Origin: Octopus vulgaris
Taxonomy: Eukaryota
NCBI GenBank assembly: GCA_951406725.2
Contig: OX597827.1
Span: 18,786,001-18,850,000 of the forward strand
Length of the DNA: 64,000 bases
Direction of reading: 5' to 3'
Position numbers and translations under genes: made by a program. The notes below the pieces were generated by a model that was not told the DNA's origin, did no database searches, and was given only the letters and a program-made list of their open reading frames with translations. Positions 27,361 to 41,215 of the stretch are shown here, in pieces. Position 1 is the first letter of the stretch. Every line of letters starts with the position of its first letter.

Positions 27361-28200
27361 GACTTTTCTAACGTTTGACATGAGCTTGGTTAGAATTGAG
27401 ATTATAAACTAAAGTGCCAATCGTGAAAACCAGGCATACATATTCATAAGCCCTACCCTGACCAATGGAGAAAATATCGTGCCACACATCGGTCAGTATT
27501 TCATCCAATGGATGCTATGAACGTATAAATAAACCCACCGTGGTTTTAGAGAGGCAAAGTTATATGAAACTTCATTTTGTTCACTCGCAGAAACCACAGA
27601 CAAGGAGGCGTTTTCATCAACGACATCTCTGCCACCTAGATTTTTTTTACTCTGCAAAATCACACATATTCAAAGCCTTTCTGACGCTAGTGATGCTGGC
27701 AAATGAATAGCTTACAGTCTCGGCAGTGTTGTTCAGAAAATCACATTCGATAATAAAGGCAAATTTGTTTTTTTGTTTTTTTCGTTTTGGAAAAATGTGT
27801 ATATTTGTGTTGTAGCTTCTGTTGTTGATGTTACTTGATGTTGCTTTGGTTGTTGTAATTGTACCAAATTGACGTTTTTTAACTGCTGAAATATATTTTT
27901 TTTCCATGCAAAACGCGCGAATCTGCTATAAAATAAAATTAGTGTTTTAATATTCTCTGTTATTTGTTCTTCGTAATTATGTTCAATGTTCACTTCGAGG
28001 GTGCATTTCTCAGACGAGGAGCCGTTTTCTGATGGATGTAAACAAAAATAATTCTAGGTCCAAAAATGACAGATTTTGTGTCTCCTTCTTTATAGGATAA
28101 ACGTCCAACGCATTCCAAGAGGATCTCTGTTGAAAATTATCCAAAAAGGAATATTTTTCTTCCAGCTGTACTCAGTAAAAAAAAAAATCCAAAATAATAG

Positions 28201-28293
<93 letters not shown>

Positions 28294-28408
28294 TAATAAT
28301 AATAATAATGAGATATAATAATATTTTGTTACATTGGCACAGGGCCACACAAACTTATACTATTATTAAGTTGTAAAAGGAAAGTCAGCCACAAACAATA
28401 ACAATAAC

Positions 28409-28448
<40 letters not shown>

Positions 28449-28997
28449 GGAGGAGGAGGAGGAGGAGGAGGAGGAGGTGTATGACGGTGGTAGCGGTGAT
28501 GGTGGCGGCCGTGTTGGTGGTGGTTGTGCTGGTGGTGGTGGTGGTGGTGGTGGTGATGGTCGTGACGATGATGACGATGATGATGATGATGATGATGATA
28601 ACAACAGCAACAATAAACAACAACGACAGTAACAACAACAACAACAACAACAACAAAAACAGCAACAACAACAACAAAAGCAAAAAAAACAAACAATCGA
28701 ATCGATTTAGTATTGGCTACCGAGGAAATTAGACAGGAAGCAAAAAACTATAATTTATTGATGTTTTTAGACGTACGTATGGCGTCATCGCGAGATTTTC
28801 GTTTCTGCTGGAATTTTAGAGATGATTACAAGTTGGTTTGACAATACTATTCTGGAAAGATGCAACAAAACTACCAGATAAATGAACACTGACATCTATA
28901 TATGATGGACGCTTTTAAATATATATTAAAATATACATAGATTGAACGCATACATACGGAAAGAGGAACTCATACAGTCTCACTAAAACAGAAAAAT

Positions 28998-29029
<32 letters not shown>

Positions 29030-29199
29030 ATATGTAAATTTATGTGCACGTACAGTCTTCCATATGTGTATGTGTACTCGTGCGAATGTGTGTGTATGTG
29101 TGTGTGTGCGCGTGAGTGTATTGGTGAGTGTGTGTGTGTGTGTGTGTGTGCGTGCGTGTGTGTGTGTTGGTGAGTGTGTGCGAATGAGTCGAAAACACA

Positions 29200-30134
29200 A
29201 ATGTTTGTACTAGTATGCATATATATATAGATATAATGTATGCACATATGTATGTGTGTATGTGTGTGTATGTTTGTGTATATACATATATACATGCATT
29301 AAATGTGTGTATCTAGTAATATATGTAAAAATATTTGTATATACGTATGTATTATAAATATATAAATATATATATATAATACATACACACACACACATAT
29401 ATATATATATGCATAGACATATATGTATATATATGTATACATACGTGTATATATATATATTTGTGTATTTGCGCATATATATATATATATATATATGCAT
29501 GTATATATATATATATACATATATATAATGTATACATTTATATCTATACATATACATACACAAATACATAAACACACACACATACACATATATGCTTATG
29601 TGTGTGTGTATATATACATACATACATACATACATACATACACACATACACACATACATACATACACACATACATACATACATACACACATACATACATA
29701 CAAACATACATACATACACACATACATACATACATACATACATACATACATACATACATACATACACACATACATACATACATACATATCGTTATAATCG
29801 AAAATGGGATGGATTTTTCTATAGATCTTGGTAGCTTTTAAGACGCATTGGTGCCATTGACTGTTAAGTAAAACTGGAAAGTGAGAGGAGAAGAAAGAGA
29901 GAAAGAAAAAGAGGCGTGGAAAATAGGGAGGGGGGGGCACATGAAAAGGGACAACGAGGCAACGACATAAATATGAAGGAGTTCAATGGCGTGGGTATGT
30001 ATGTGTGTACATGTATGTATTTGTGTATGTATGTATGTGTGTATATATGTATGTATGTATGTACGTATGATCGTATGTATGTATATATGTACGATTGTAT
30101 GTATGATTGTATGTATGTATGTATTGCATGTATG

Positions 30135-30168
<34 letters not shown>

Positions 30169-30715
30169 TGTATGTATGTATGTGTGTATGTATGTATGTA
30201 TGTAAGTATGTATGTAGGTATATATGTATGTATGTGCGTATGTATATATGTATGTTTGTGTGTATGTATATATGAATGTATGTGTGATGGTCTGTATGTA
30301 TGCATGTATGATTGTATGCATATATGTATGTATGATTGTATGTATGTATGATTGTATGCGTGTATGTGTGTATGTATGTATATATATATATGTGTGTATG
30401 TATGAATGTATGCATGTATGATTGTATGTATGTATGATTGTATGTGTGTATGTGTGTATGTGTGTATGTATGTTTGTATGTATATATGTGTGATTGTATG
30501 TATGTATGCATGTATGATTGTATGTACGTACGTATGTATGTTTGTACGTATGTTTCTATGTATGTATATATGTATGTGTGACTATATGTATGTTGTATGT
30601 ATGTTTGACTGTATGTATGTGGATGTGATATGTGCAGGTCTGTATGTACATGTGAATGTATTTATGTGTGTACGTGCATCGTATATCTATATAAGTCTTA
30701 GTATGATTGTGTGTG

Positions 30716-30751
<36 letters not shown>

Positions 30752-30935
30752 TTTGTGTGTGTGTGTGTACGTGCATATATATATATATATAAACGAACAT
30801 ATTTATGAATGTCTATCTACGCATATATATATATATATATATTGTTGTGCCTGTTTGTATGTGTATACATGGATGCATATATGTATGTAAATATGTATGT
30901 ATAAAAATGTGTGTGTGTGTGTGTGTGTGTGAATA
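29200..30935. repeat. Large (TA)/(CATA)/(TATG)/(TG) microsatellite field
   Basis: Visible; a short complex segment at ~29790-29995. Confidence 0.95.
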
Positions 30936-31160
30936 TATGCATATAATATATACTCACAGACCAGTTAGTAAATAGATGCAAAAGCAAGGTGGAAAAGTAG
31001 ACCTTGAATACCAAAAGTAGAGGAAAATGCTTTTTTTTTTTTATTAAAGCCGAAAAAAACTTCAGAATCTGTTACTCCGTATTTTGTGAAGCCCTTCGTC
31101 AGATAGTTGTGATAATAAAGAATAATGAAAAGTTAAAATGTCATTATTCTGTACTCTCAT

Positions 31161-31202
31161 AATTGTCTGACGAACGGTCACATGAAACTCCGAGTAGCAA
31201 TT
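31161..31202 (+). ncRNA. Type I hammerhead ribozyme motif
   Basis: AATTGT-CTGACGA-ACG-GTCA-CAT-GAAA-CTC-C-GAG-TA-GCAATT; decayed inverted copy at 31069-31106. Confidence 0.7.
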
Positions 31203-31259
31203 TGTGAAGTGTTTTTTGGCTTCAATAATAATAATAATAATGATAATAATAATAATAAT

Positions 31260-31472
31260 ACTTTCTGCTATAGGTACAAGACCTGAAATTGTGGGAGAGG
31301 GGACTAGTCGATTACATTGACCCCAGTACTTCACTGGTAGCCAATTTATCTAAACCGAAAGGATGAAAGGCAAAGTCGACCTCGGCGGAATTTATACCAA
31401 GAACGTTGCGACGGGCGAAATACCGCTAAGAATTTCACCCAGCGTGCTAATGATTCTGTCAACTCGCCGCCT
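31260..31472 (-). mobile_element. SINE-B (short tail)
   Basis: Reverse complement of the SINE-B head and body; (AAT)n flanks. Confidence 0.85.
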
Positions 31473-31474
31473 TA

Positions 31475-31543
<69 letters not shown>

Positions 31544-31618
31544 TAATAATAATAATAATAATAAAGAACATGCCTCCTCATTTATATGACTGTCCCAATC
31601 GATATAAACGTATTTGTC

Positions 31619-32050
31619 AAGACCTACCAAAAATGAGCAAATATAAAGATCTTGAAATAGAAATCAGCAAAATGTGGAACCTGAAGACTAAAACAATACC
31701 TGTTGTCATAGGTGGCCTAGGAATGATAGCAAAAGGGGCTGATCGCTACCTAACTCAGATACCAGGAAACCCCAAAATGGCAGAAATTCAAAAGATAGTG
31801 CTCATGGGAACTGCTCATATCCTACGCAAAATACTTTCTATGTAATCTCAATAAATAAATCTAAAACAAACATAATTTTCGTTTTTCTTTTTTTTTTTAG
31901 ACATTCACTAGTACAACACTAAATACAAAACCAAATATATGGCACACTAGGCATAACAACATCACGAACTTCCAACCTGTTGTCTCTTGAGGTCTCTGGG
32001 TGAGACTTGAAGCCAACTTGTACAAATATAAAGTAAAAGTCAAACATAGA
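31619..32050 (+). mobile_element. R4/Dong-clade LINE 3' end
   Basis: SKYKDLEIEISKMWNLKTKTIPVVIGGLGMI..IQKIVLMGTAHILRKILSM* (stop 31845), 3' UTR, (AAT)n tail. Confidence 0.85.
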
Positions 32051-32111
32051 ATAATAATAATAATGATAATAATAATAATAATAATGATAATAATGATAAT
32101 AATAATAATAA

Positions 32112-32156
<45 letters not shown>

Positions 32157-32160
32157 CAAC

Positions 32161-32198
<38 letters not shown>

Positions 32199-32250
32199 TA
32201 TTGATAATAATAATAATAATAATATTAATAACAACAACAACAACAACAAC

Positions 32251-32475
32251 AACGGGAGCACTCAGAGATTGCAAACCTCCGCCAAAGCAACACCAACGTC
32301 CTCTCAACGATTAATCGGAGATGATTTTTAAATTGAAAATATCCAAAATAAACTCGACTGCTCTCACAAACGAGAATACTAAAAATGAACCTGACCGCTC
32401 TCAAAAATTGAATTAAAAAAAAAAACAGGAAAAATAATCCAGAATCCTTGTCTGACACTGGATAGATCCCAAAAT
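32251..32475 (-). mobile_element. Possible Helentron/HINE-type terminal fragment
   Basis: Minus: TTGGCGGAGGTTTGCAATCTCTGAGTGCTCCCGTT, hairpin-like end; recognised by resemblance only. Confidence 0.4.
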
Positions 32476-33381
32476 CAAAAACTCGTATAACACTTTCATT
32501 CAATCGGAACTTCCGTCTGTCATCCATCATCCATCATCCATTACGGAGGTCTTCTTTCAAGAGATCGAGGAAAAAGTTTAAATATGAATTGAAGTTTGAA
32601 TTTAGTTCGCTTGTTGTATTTGATAATGTTTTATAGTAGCGACTAATGTGGAATGTCTCTGCAAGACAGAGTTTGCAGCGATTTGCTCCGCCTTAAAATA
32701 CCTGTAAATTAAGAACGAAGATTCAAACAAGCGTCACGTAAAGAATTCCAATATACAACTAGCGATGTACAGAGCTTTGCTCCCTTAAAGGCAAATGCTT
32801 AGATGAAAGTATTGTATACCATACAACTGTCTATGAGGTGGTGTCAAAACGTTTCCCGACTAGTTCTGTAGCGCGCCAACAGATGGCAAAGCAACTGCGC
32901 CCAACTGTTTCTTTCTATAACCGACAGTACCGTTCTACATATACCTTTTTATCTTATATTTGTTCCAGTTATTAAACTGCGGCCATGCTGGGGCACTGTC
33001 TTTTAACCAACCGCTAAGTAAACACACCAACACCGCTTGTCAATCGTTGGTGGAGGACAAATACCGACACATAGACACACACACACACAGATATATATGT
33101 ATGTATGTATATATATATATATATATATTCCTCCCCACCACTACAAACTCAATAACACTATAAAATGGTCAAAACTTTTCACACGGGAACTTAGTTCGAT
33201 TTGAAAACCACACTAGAATGGGAGAAAGCGCTAATATATGATCTAAGTTATATGATGTATAAAAACATGTAAAATACAAATAAATATCTGTAAATATAAA
33301 ACCACCCGAATTTCTGAGTACCTCATTTCTTCTTATATAATATACACGCATTTTTTTCTCTCCTTGTTTCTTTTCTGTGTA

Positions 33382-33419
33382 TCTTTCTGTCGAAGAGCGT
33401 AGGCTCGAAACGTAAAAGA
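33382..33419 (+). ncRNA. Minimal hammerhead motif, A6U core variant
   Basis: TCTTT-CTGTCGA-A-GAGC-GTAG-GCTC-GAAA-C-GTA-AAAGA within a repeat at ~33330-33520. Confidence 0.6.
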
Positions 33420-34257
33420 CTTGTTCTATTTCTATTCCTGGGCACCATACTAATACATTTGTTTGTTTGTACTCCACCTGCCTTCGTCTTTTGTTTATTT
33501 TCGTAAACCTTCCCGTTATATATATATGTATGTATATACATATATATACGACAAGCTTCTTTCAGCTCCCGTCAGCCAAATCCACTCTGAAAACTTTGGC
33601 AGGCCAAAGGCTATAGTAGAAGACACTGGCTCAAGGTACCACGCAGTGGGACAGAACTCGGAACCATGTGGTCCAGAAGCAAGCTTTTTACCACACGGCC
33701 ATGCCTGTAAATTTAAACATAAGAAATTCATTCATTCCTCTTTGTCGACACCTAACCCCCAATTATTTTCTGAGGAATTTCAAAAAAGGAGGAATCTGTT
33801 AGTGCAAACAGCCGCCATCAGCACCATCCTTGGTATGTGAGCAAGTACTCTATTGTTAGATGTAGTTGAGCATCGTCGACGATCTGTGACTGATCGGAAG
33901 CATCACTTCGGACAAATGACTAACAACGATTGACAAAACGTGCACCGCCTTCACCACCCGACAATTAACTCATTTGTTTTCAAACCAGTTGATGTTTGCA
34001 GTTGGCTGACGGGGGCGACTGAATGGAGGCATAGTCTGGGGCTGTAATCTCTGATTGCCTAACACGTAATTAAATTGAACGCGCACGCACACACACACAC
34101 ACACACACACACATACATACATACACACACACATATATATAAATATACAAATACAAAAATCCAGACATGTATACACACATACACACATGCACATCTATAC
34201 ATACATATGCCTACATTAATGAATAAATACATTCATACACACAGACGAGCACACACA

Positions 34258-34307
<50 letters not shown>

Positions 34308-34995
34308 CACACTTGCTTACACACAGACGTACACACGCACACATGCATACACACACACACTTGCATACACACAGACGTACACACACACACAAATACACAA
34401 ACACACACACACACACACACTTTGCGAAATACTAAGCGCACATAATTTAATATTTCATTCGTCACCGAACCATTCCATAACCACCACCCCAGCCGCCTAC
34501 ACGACCCATTCTCCCCACCATCCAAACCACCCGACCCCACCCGATCACTAATCTCCTTCCTATCTCTAACCCCACCACCTCAACCACCCAGAACTTAGCG
34601 AGAACCAAAACCGGAAGTATCACCGTAGCAGGCGGGAACTTCCTGTTGGGGTGGGAGTGGAGGGAGGCGCCTACATAGATTTATACACACCACACGGTCT
34701 GTCGCTGTGCGATTTTTTATCAATCACCTACCGAACTTCACACCCGGCTCTCAGCTCTTACCCTAACTTAATACCCTGTTTGAGACCCCACCCAAGCAAT
34801 ATCTCCCTATCTCTATCCCTCGCCAACTATTTCGTTCACAATTTACTTACAGATTCTCACCCCGCCCGTCCTACACTGTATTTCTGAGGAAATCATTTAA
34901 CAAGAGAATTTATAACCGCCATTTTTTTTTTTTTGCTTTTTAAATAATCGAAGATAAATTTTTCATTCTTTTATTTTTATTCTTTTACTGGGGGG

Positions 34996-34996
<1 letters not shown>

Positions 34997-35038
<42 letters not shown>

Positions 35039-35220
35039 GATGATGATGATGAAGATGATGATGATGATGATGATGATGATGAAGATGATGATGATGAAGA
35101 TGATGATGATGATGATGATGATGATGAAGATGATGATGATGATGAAGATGATGATGATGATGATGATGATGATGAAGATGATGATGATGATGAAGATGAT
35201 GATGATGATGATGATGTTGT
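34997..35220. repeat. (GAT)n with periodic GAA interruptions
   Basis: Runs of 4-5 and 9 GAT alternate between GAA units. Confidence 0.95.
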
Positions 35221-35347
35221 TGATGTTATTCCTGGTGGTGGTCGTCGTCGTAGTCGTAATGATGATGACGGCCTCTCGCATAAGGAATGATGCAAGAGCC
35301 ATCATCATTATCATCATCACCCCCTCTATCATCATCATCACCCCCAC

Positions 35348-35382
<35 letters not shown>

Positions 35383-35574
35383 CTCACTCGCCTTGATTTC
35401 GTACCACAGGTCTGTGATAAAAAAACAAAACAAACAAAACAAAACAAAAAAACAAAGAAAGTTTGAAAGAAAAGCTTTGTTACCGAAGAAGCTGCAGGAT
35501 AATTTTGTTTGAAATAGAGTAAGTTTTTTGCCGAGCTTATTTCAGTTTCACTTCCTAATTACGTAATCCGAGAT

Positions 35575-35915
35575 TATGTACTGTGTACCCCATATAAAGA
35601 CCATGGATTGCACCTAGAAAGTTCTCTTCCAAGGCACAAGTCTGGACAAGGTTGTTTATGGATGACCAGCAGTCGCCCATGCAAACCAGCTCCCACTCTC
35701 CTTGACACTGATGATATCTAAAAAAAAAAGGCAAAGAGACCGAAACAGCTTGGCACCTGTGATGTCGCAACTCATTTCTACGGCTGAGTGAACTGGAGCA
35801 ACATGAAATAAAGTGTTTTGCTCAAGAACACAACACGCAGCCCGGTGCGGAAATCGAACTCACTACCGCATAATTGCGAGATCGATGCTCTAACCACTGA
35901 GCCATGCGCCTTCAA
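35575..35915 (-). mobile_element. tRNA-derived SINE (SINE-R related)
   Basis: Minus head GAAGGCGCATGGCTCAGTGGTTAGAGC; relative at 44585-44850. Confidence 0.82.
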
Positions 35916-36029
35916 TACTCTATAGAGCAGAGATAATAAAACGTATATAATAGAAGGTAGACGTCCAAAGCGCAAATAGATCGATGTAGATCCCTTTTAC
36001 AGCAACAGTGCACAAATATGTAGACAGCT

Positions 36030-36416
36030 TTACTCTCTCTTTTCTCTTTTACTTGTTTCAGTCATTTGACTGCGGCCATGCTGGAGCACCGCCTTTAGTC
36101 GAGCAAATCGACCCCGGGACTTATTCTTTGTAAGCCCAGTACTTATTCTATCGGTCTCTTTTGCCGAACCGCTAAGTGACGGGGACGTAAACACACCAGC
36201 ATCGGTTGTCAAGCAATGCTAGGGGGACAAACACAGACACTTAAACACATAGACACACACATATATATATACATATATACGACAGGCTTCTTTCAGTTTC
36301 CGTCTACCAAATCCACTCACAAGGCTTTGGTTGGCCCGAAGCTATATTAGAAAACACTTGCCCAAGGTGCCACGCAGTGGGACTGAACCCGGAACCATGT
36401 GGTTGGTAAGCAAGCT
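36030..36416 (-). mobile_element. SINE-K, near full length
   Basis: High similarity to 25430-25846. Confidence 0.92.
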
Positions 36417-37076
36417 GACAGCTTTATTTATTTATTTTCTACTTTTTACTTGTTTTAATCATTGGACTACAGCCATACTGGGGCAGTCTTGGAGAGTTTT
36501 AGCTGAACGAATCAACCCCAGATTTACGGTTTTTAAAAACAAAGTCTTGAACTTATTCTGTCAATCATTTTTGTGGAGCCGGTAAGTTAAGAGGGTGTAA
36601 ACAAAACAATACACATAGGCTTCCAAAATGTTTCTGTCTTCCAAATCTGCTCACAAAGCATTGGTCGGCTCGGGGCTATAATAGAAAATTCCTTGTCTAA
36701 AGTGCCACGCAGTGGAACTGAACCCGATACCGCATTGCCGCACAGAGAGATTCTTAACCACACACCCATGTCTACCAAATAATTATTACTAATTTAGGCA
36801 TAAGGTAAAAGAGAAAAATGAGGGGAGAGTGTTAGTCGATCATATGGATCCTAGTACTTGGCTAGTTCTTTATTTTATCGACCCTGGAAGGACGAAAAGC
36901 AATGTTGACCTCGGCTGGTTTTGAAAGCAGATAGGTCTATGTAGAACTCACAGATACAACTGAAACATGTAAACTGCTCTGTGATGAATTAATCTATTTA
37001 CGGCTATGACTGAGAATATAGAACAGGTTTACCCCTGCTTTGCTAGCCTAGGGAACAGGACACATCTTTCTAAATA

Positions 37077-37299
37077 CACGAGGGGGTGCTGAAAAGTTCT
37101 GGACTTTAAAGGTATGGCGAATGGCCTGTTTGAAGGCCCAACATTCGGAGTTATTTTACAGGGCTTAGAAAAAAACTGAAGGAGTGTTGCAATAAGTATA
37201 TGAATCTGAGGAGGGAAGATGTTGAATATAATCATAATTAACTGATCCATTTATATTTACTTTTACCCAAAACCAGGAACCTTTCTGCAACCCCTTGTA
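37077..37299. mobile_element. Mariner-type MITE
   Basis: TA-flanked imperfect TIRs CACGAGGGGGTGCTGAAAAGTT / AACCTTTCTGCAACCCCTTGTA; partial second copy 38013-38180. Confidence 0.7.
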
Positions 37300-37886
37300 T
37301 ATGTATCCAGACATCTGAAGAAAGCCATGAACGAAACAGGCATGGCAGGTGAAATTAGCTCGCGGAGGATCTAGTTGATATGAGACCGCAAGTGGAAAAC
37401 ATAAGTAGGTAACAACTAGTTTAGTCCTTGTAGCCTCACTCAGGAGAAATGTACATGGGAAAAAATGGCAAAACGCTTGGGATCTTGGGATCCCTACTGA
37501 CATTATGGAAGGGCTTCCAGTTCTGCTGTGTCTTGAGAAGAGCTTGCAAAACCTCTGGGTAACTCCTGCACACACATTCATACATACATACATACATACA
37601 TACATACATACATACATACATACATACATACATACATACATACGTACATACATACGTACATATATATACATACATACATACATGTATACATACATACATA
37701 CATACATACGTACGTACATACGTACATACATATACATACATACATACATACGTACATACATACGTACATACATACATACATACATACATACATACATACA
37801 TACATACATACATACATACATACGTATATGTATGTATGTATGTTTGTATGTATGTATATTTATTTATGTACGTATGTATGTATGTA

Positions 37887-37917
<31 letters not shown>

Positions 37918-38303
37918 ATGTATGTATGTATGTATGTATGTATGTATGTATGTATGTATGTATGTATGTATGTATGTATGTATGTATGTATGTATGTATG
38001 TAGGTAGGTATATACGAGGGTGTACTGAAAAGTTCCTGGCTTTAAGCGTGTCGCAAAAGGCCTGGTTGGAGGCCCAACGTTCCGAGTTCTTTTACAGGGC
38101 TTACAAAAAAACTGAAGGACCGCTGCAATAAGAATTTGAATCTGAGAGGGAAATATGTTGAATAAAATTAGAATTAACTGATATATATTATCAACTGATT
38201 AGAATTAAATGATTTAGAATTAACTGATTAGAATTAACTGATCATGATAGATCGCTAGCCACTAAACCTTTCCTATTTTCTCTCCCTGTTTATTTCCGTG
38301 TTC

Positions 38304-38340
38304 CTTTCTGTTGAAGAGCGTACGCTCGAAACGTAAAAGA
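38304..38340 (+). ncRNA. Minimal hammerhead motif, A6U core variant
   Basis: CTTT-CTGTTGA-A-GAGC-GTAC-GCTC-GAAA-C-GTA-AAAG. Confidence 0.6.
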
Positions 38341-38598
38341 GTTTTTCACTTCCCGAGCGTTAAACTAATACATTTGTTTGTTAACACACCTGTCTTTGTC
38401 TTTTGTTCCATTTTTTTTTTTGTAAATTTACACGAGGCTTTCGTCCACCTGATCAGCCGAAATTGATGATCCGGTTCTTGAGGATAAAAAGCTTCGAATG
38501 ACCCGTCCTAGTTTTTTTGTATCGTCTATCTGAATGTTTTGTTGTCCCTTTTTGTATCACCTAACTGTTTGGATGTTTTGTGTTCTTGTCCCATTTTG

Positions 38599-38638
<40 letters not shown>

Positions 38639-38712
38639 CTATACGGGTGGGGTGTTACGTATATATGTACTTCGCTATTCGCACACACACTATATCTCTT
38701 TTAGAGAATTAT

Positions 38713-38812
<100 letters not shown>

Positions 38813-38819
38813 CATACAA

Positions 38820-39000
38820 ACGCAGCCGTGGCTTTGTAGTAACAAGCTTGCTTCCCAAACACACACCTCCGGGTTCAGTCCCACCGCATAGCACCTTGGG
38901 CAAACGTCTTCTACTATAGCCTTGGGTGGACGAAAGCCTCGTGAGTGTATTTGGTAGACGTATACATGTCTACACACATGTATGTTTGTGTGAATATATT

Positions 39001-39031
<31 letters not shown>

Positions 39032-39257
39032 CTATGCGTCTGTGTCTCCCCCACCATCGTTTGGCAGCAGGTGTTGGTGTGTTTACGCCCCTTTAACCTA
39101 GCAGTTCGGCATAAGAGACCGATAGAGTAAATACTACGCTTACAAAGAATATTCCTCGGGATCGATTTCTTCGACTACAACCCAGTATGGCCGCAGTCAA
39201 ATAACTGAAACAATTAAAAGAAAGAATATATTACTATCATCATCATCATCATCATCA

Positions 39258-39321
<64 letters not shown>

Positions 39322-39625
39322 AGAATTGTTCTGACTCTTATTTCTAGCAATGCTGGTGCTGGTTTGCAGCCTTAGTCACCTTAGTGATGTCTATACTTGT
39401 GCCTTTTGCGAATAAGCCAACTTAAATAATTGTGTGTGTGTGTGTGTGTGTGTGACCGTGTGGTAAGAAATTTGCTTCCCAACCATATGGTTCCGGGTTC
39501 AGTCCCACTGCAGGGAACCTTCGACCATTGTCTTCTACTATAGCCTCGGGCCGACGAAAGCTTTGAGAGCGGATTTCGTACACGGAAACTGAAAGAAGTT
39601 CGTCGTATATATGTATACACATACA

Positions 39626-39658
<33 letters not shown>

Positions 39659-39739
39659 GATATACATACACACACGCACACACATATACATATATATATA
39701 CACATACAGACACACACACACATATATATGTATATACAT

Positions 39740-39773
<34 letters not shown>

Positions 39774-40030
39774 TTATTTATAATGTGTTTGTGTGCATGT
39801 TTTTGTGTGCATGTTTTTGTTTGTCCCCCACCCCACCCCACCCACTGACAACTGGTGACGGTGTGTTTACGTTCTCGTGACGTAGCGGTTCGGCAAAGGG
39901 CGAACGAAAGAATAAGTACCAGGGTTTAAACATAAATTAGCGGGGGTCGATTAGTTCGACTGAAATTCTTTAAAAAAATCAATGCTCTAGCATGGGCGCA
40001 GTCTAATCGACCGAAAGAAGCCGAAGAAAA
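38820..40030 (+). mobile_element. Two diverged SINE-K copies
   Basis: ~38820-39225 and ~39455-40030. Confidence 0.8.
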
Positions 40031-40054
40031 AAAAGCACACAAGAAATATAAGAA

Positions 40055-40100
<46 letters not shown>

Positions 40101-40241
40101 GTTTTTTTTTATATCTGTCCCTTTTGCTGTCCTGGTGTTCGTATGCATTCGATCCTTCTTCCAGGAAATCTACGCTTCCAGCTTAGTTTTTCTAATGCTC
40201 GTTGCTTGGTTTTTCTTGGAGGGCTGGCCGTGATCTATATA

Positions 40242-40277
<36 letters not shown>

Positions 40278-40295
40278 ATTTTTCTACATACCTTA

Positions 40296-40329
<34 letters not shown>

Positions 40330-40787
40330 GTACGTATGTAGTGCGCGTGTGTGTGTGTAGAATATAGAGGGCGTGGAGGCATGCGCGATGCTTGGTGCCA
40401 TGAAGTCGCATGCGTCACTTACTTCCTGTTGCCTGTCTGTAGAAAGCTTTGAGTGTCTAGATTTATAAAGATTGCTTCAGCGATTTCGCCGTCGTTCAGT
40501 TATCTTTTTTATCTCTTTTAGGATAACAATATTATAGATACACGTTTCTCTGTCTCTCTCTCTCTCCCACTCTCTCTCTCTCTCTCTCTCTCGCTCTCTC
40601 TCTAATGTGGTGTTTATGTGGTGATTAAACGTGTAGTATCGGGTGCTTCCCTGTTACTTGTCTGTTCACCCGCACTGAATTTCGGCAGTGTAAACTTTCC
40701 TCACCAGGAGTTCTCAACCATTTTCTATCTACGAACCCCTTTGATTACTATTTCATTCTGAAGGATCCCAACCCCATAACTATTTGA

Positions 40788-41215
40788 GGATCTTTTCGGT
40801 TTGAACAGCAGTTTTTAACATAATTTCTAGGTAACTAAAAAAATTTTAAACTTCGTATACTGGTAGAATGTGTTTATAAAACATATTTTTCTCTTGGCTT
40901 TATTGAGAAAATTCTATAGTTTGTAAGATATTTGTTGTTTTTTTTCTTCAATTTCTGCAATTTCAACAAATCAGTGACGTCCATTGAGGTAAAAAATATT
41001 CTGTGCCGTATGAATATGTCCGTCGTTTTAAGAAACAGATTGGGTTTATTTAGATTTGTGAAGAAAAAAAGATACCCTTCCCTCACCCCTAACCCTAACT
41101 AACCCTAACCCTATAATAGATTGAAATGCAATAGATCGATACTAGGGTCATAATTATGGGTGACAATTTCATATGATACCGCTAGAAAACACTGCCGTTC
41201 AAACCGAAAAGATCC
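40788..41215 (+). mobile_element. Telomeric-repeat MITE, copy 2
   Basis: Same TIRs; TSD CTATTTGA/TTATTTGA; apparently nested in an hAT-like end starting ~40705. Confidence 0.92.

Noticed and set aside
28096-28197. Possible second exon after acceptor TCTTTATAG (DKRPTHSKRISVENYPK..)
   Set aside because: No recognisable homology, no good donor, and it stops after 33 codons; insufficient support.
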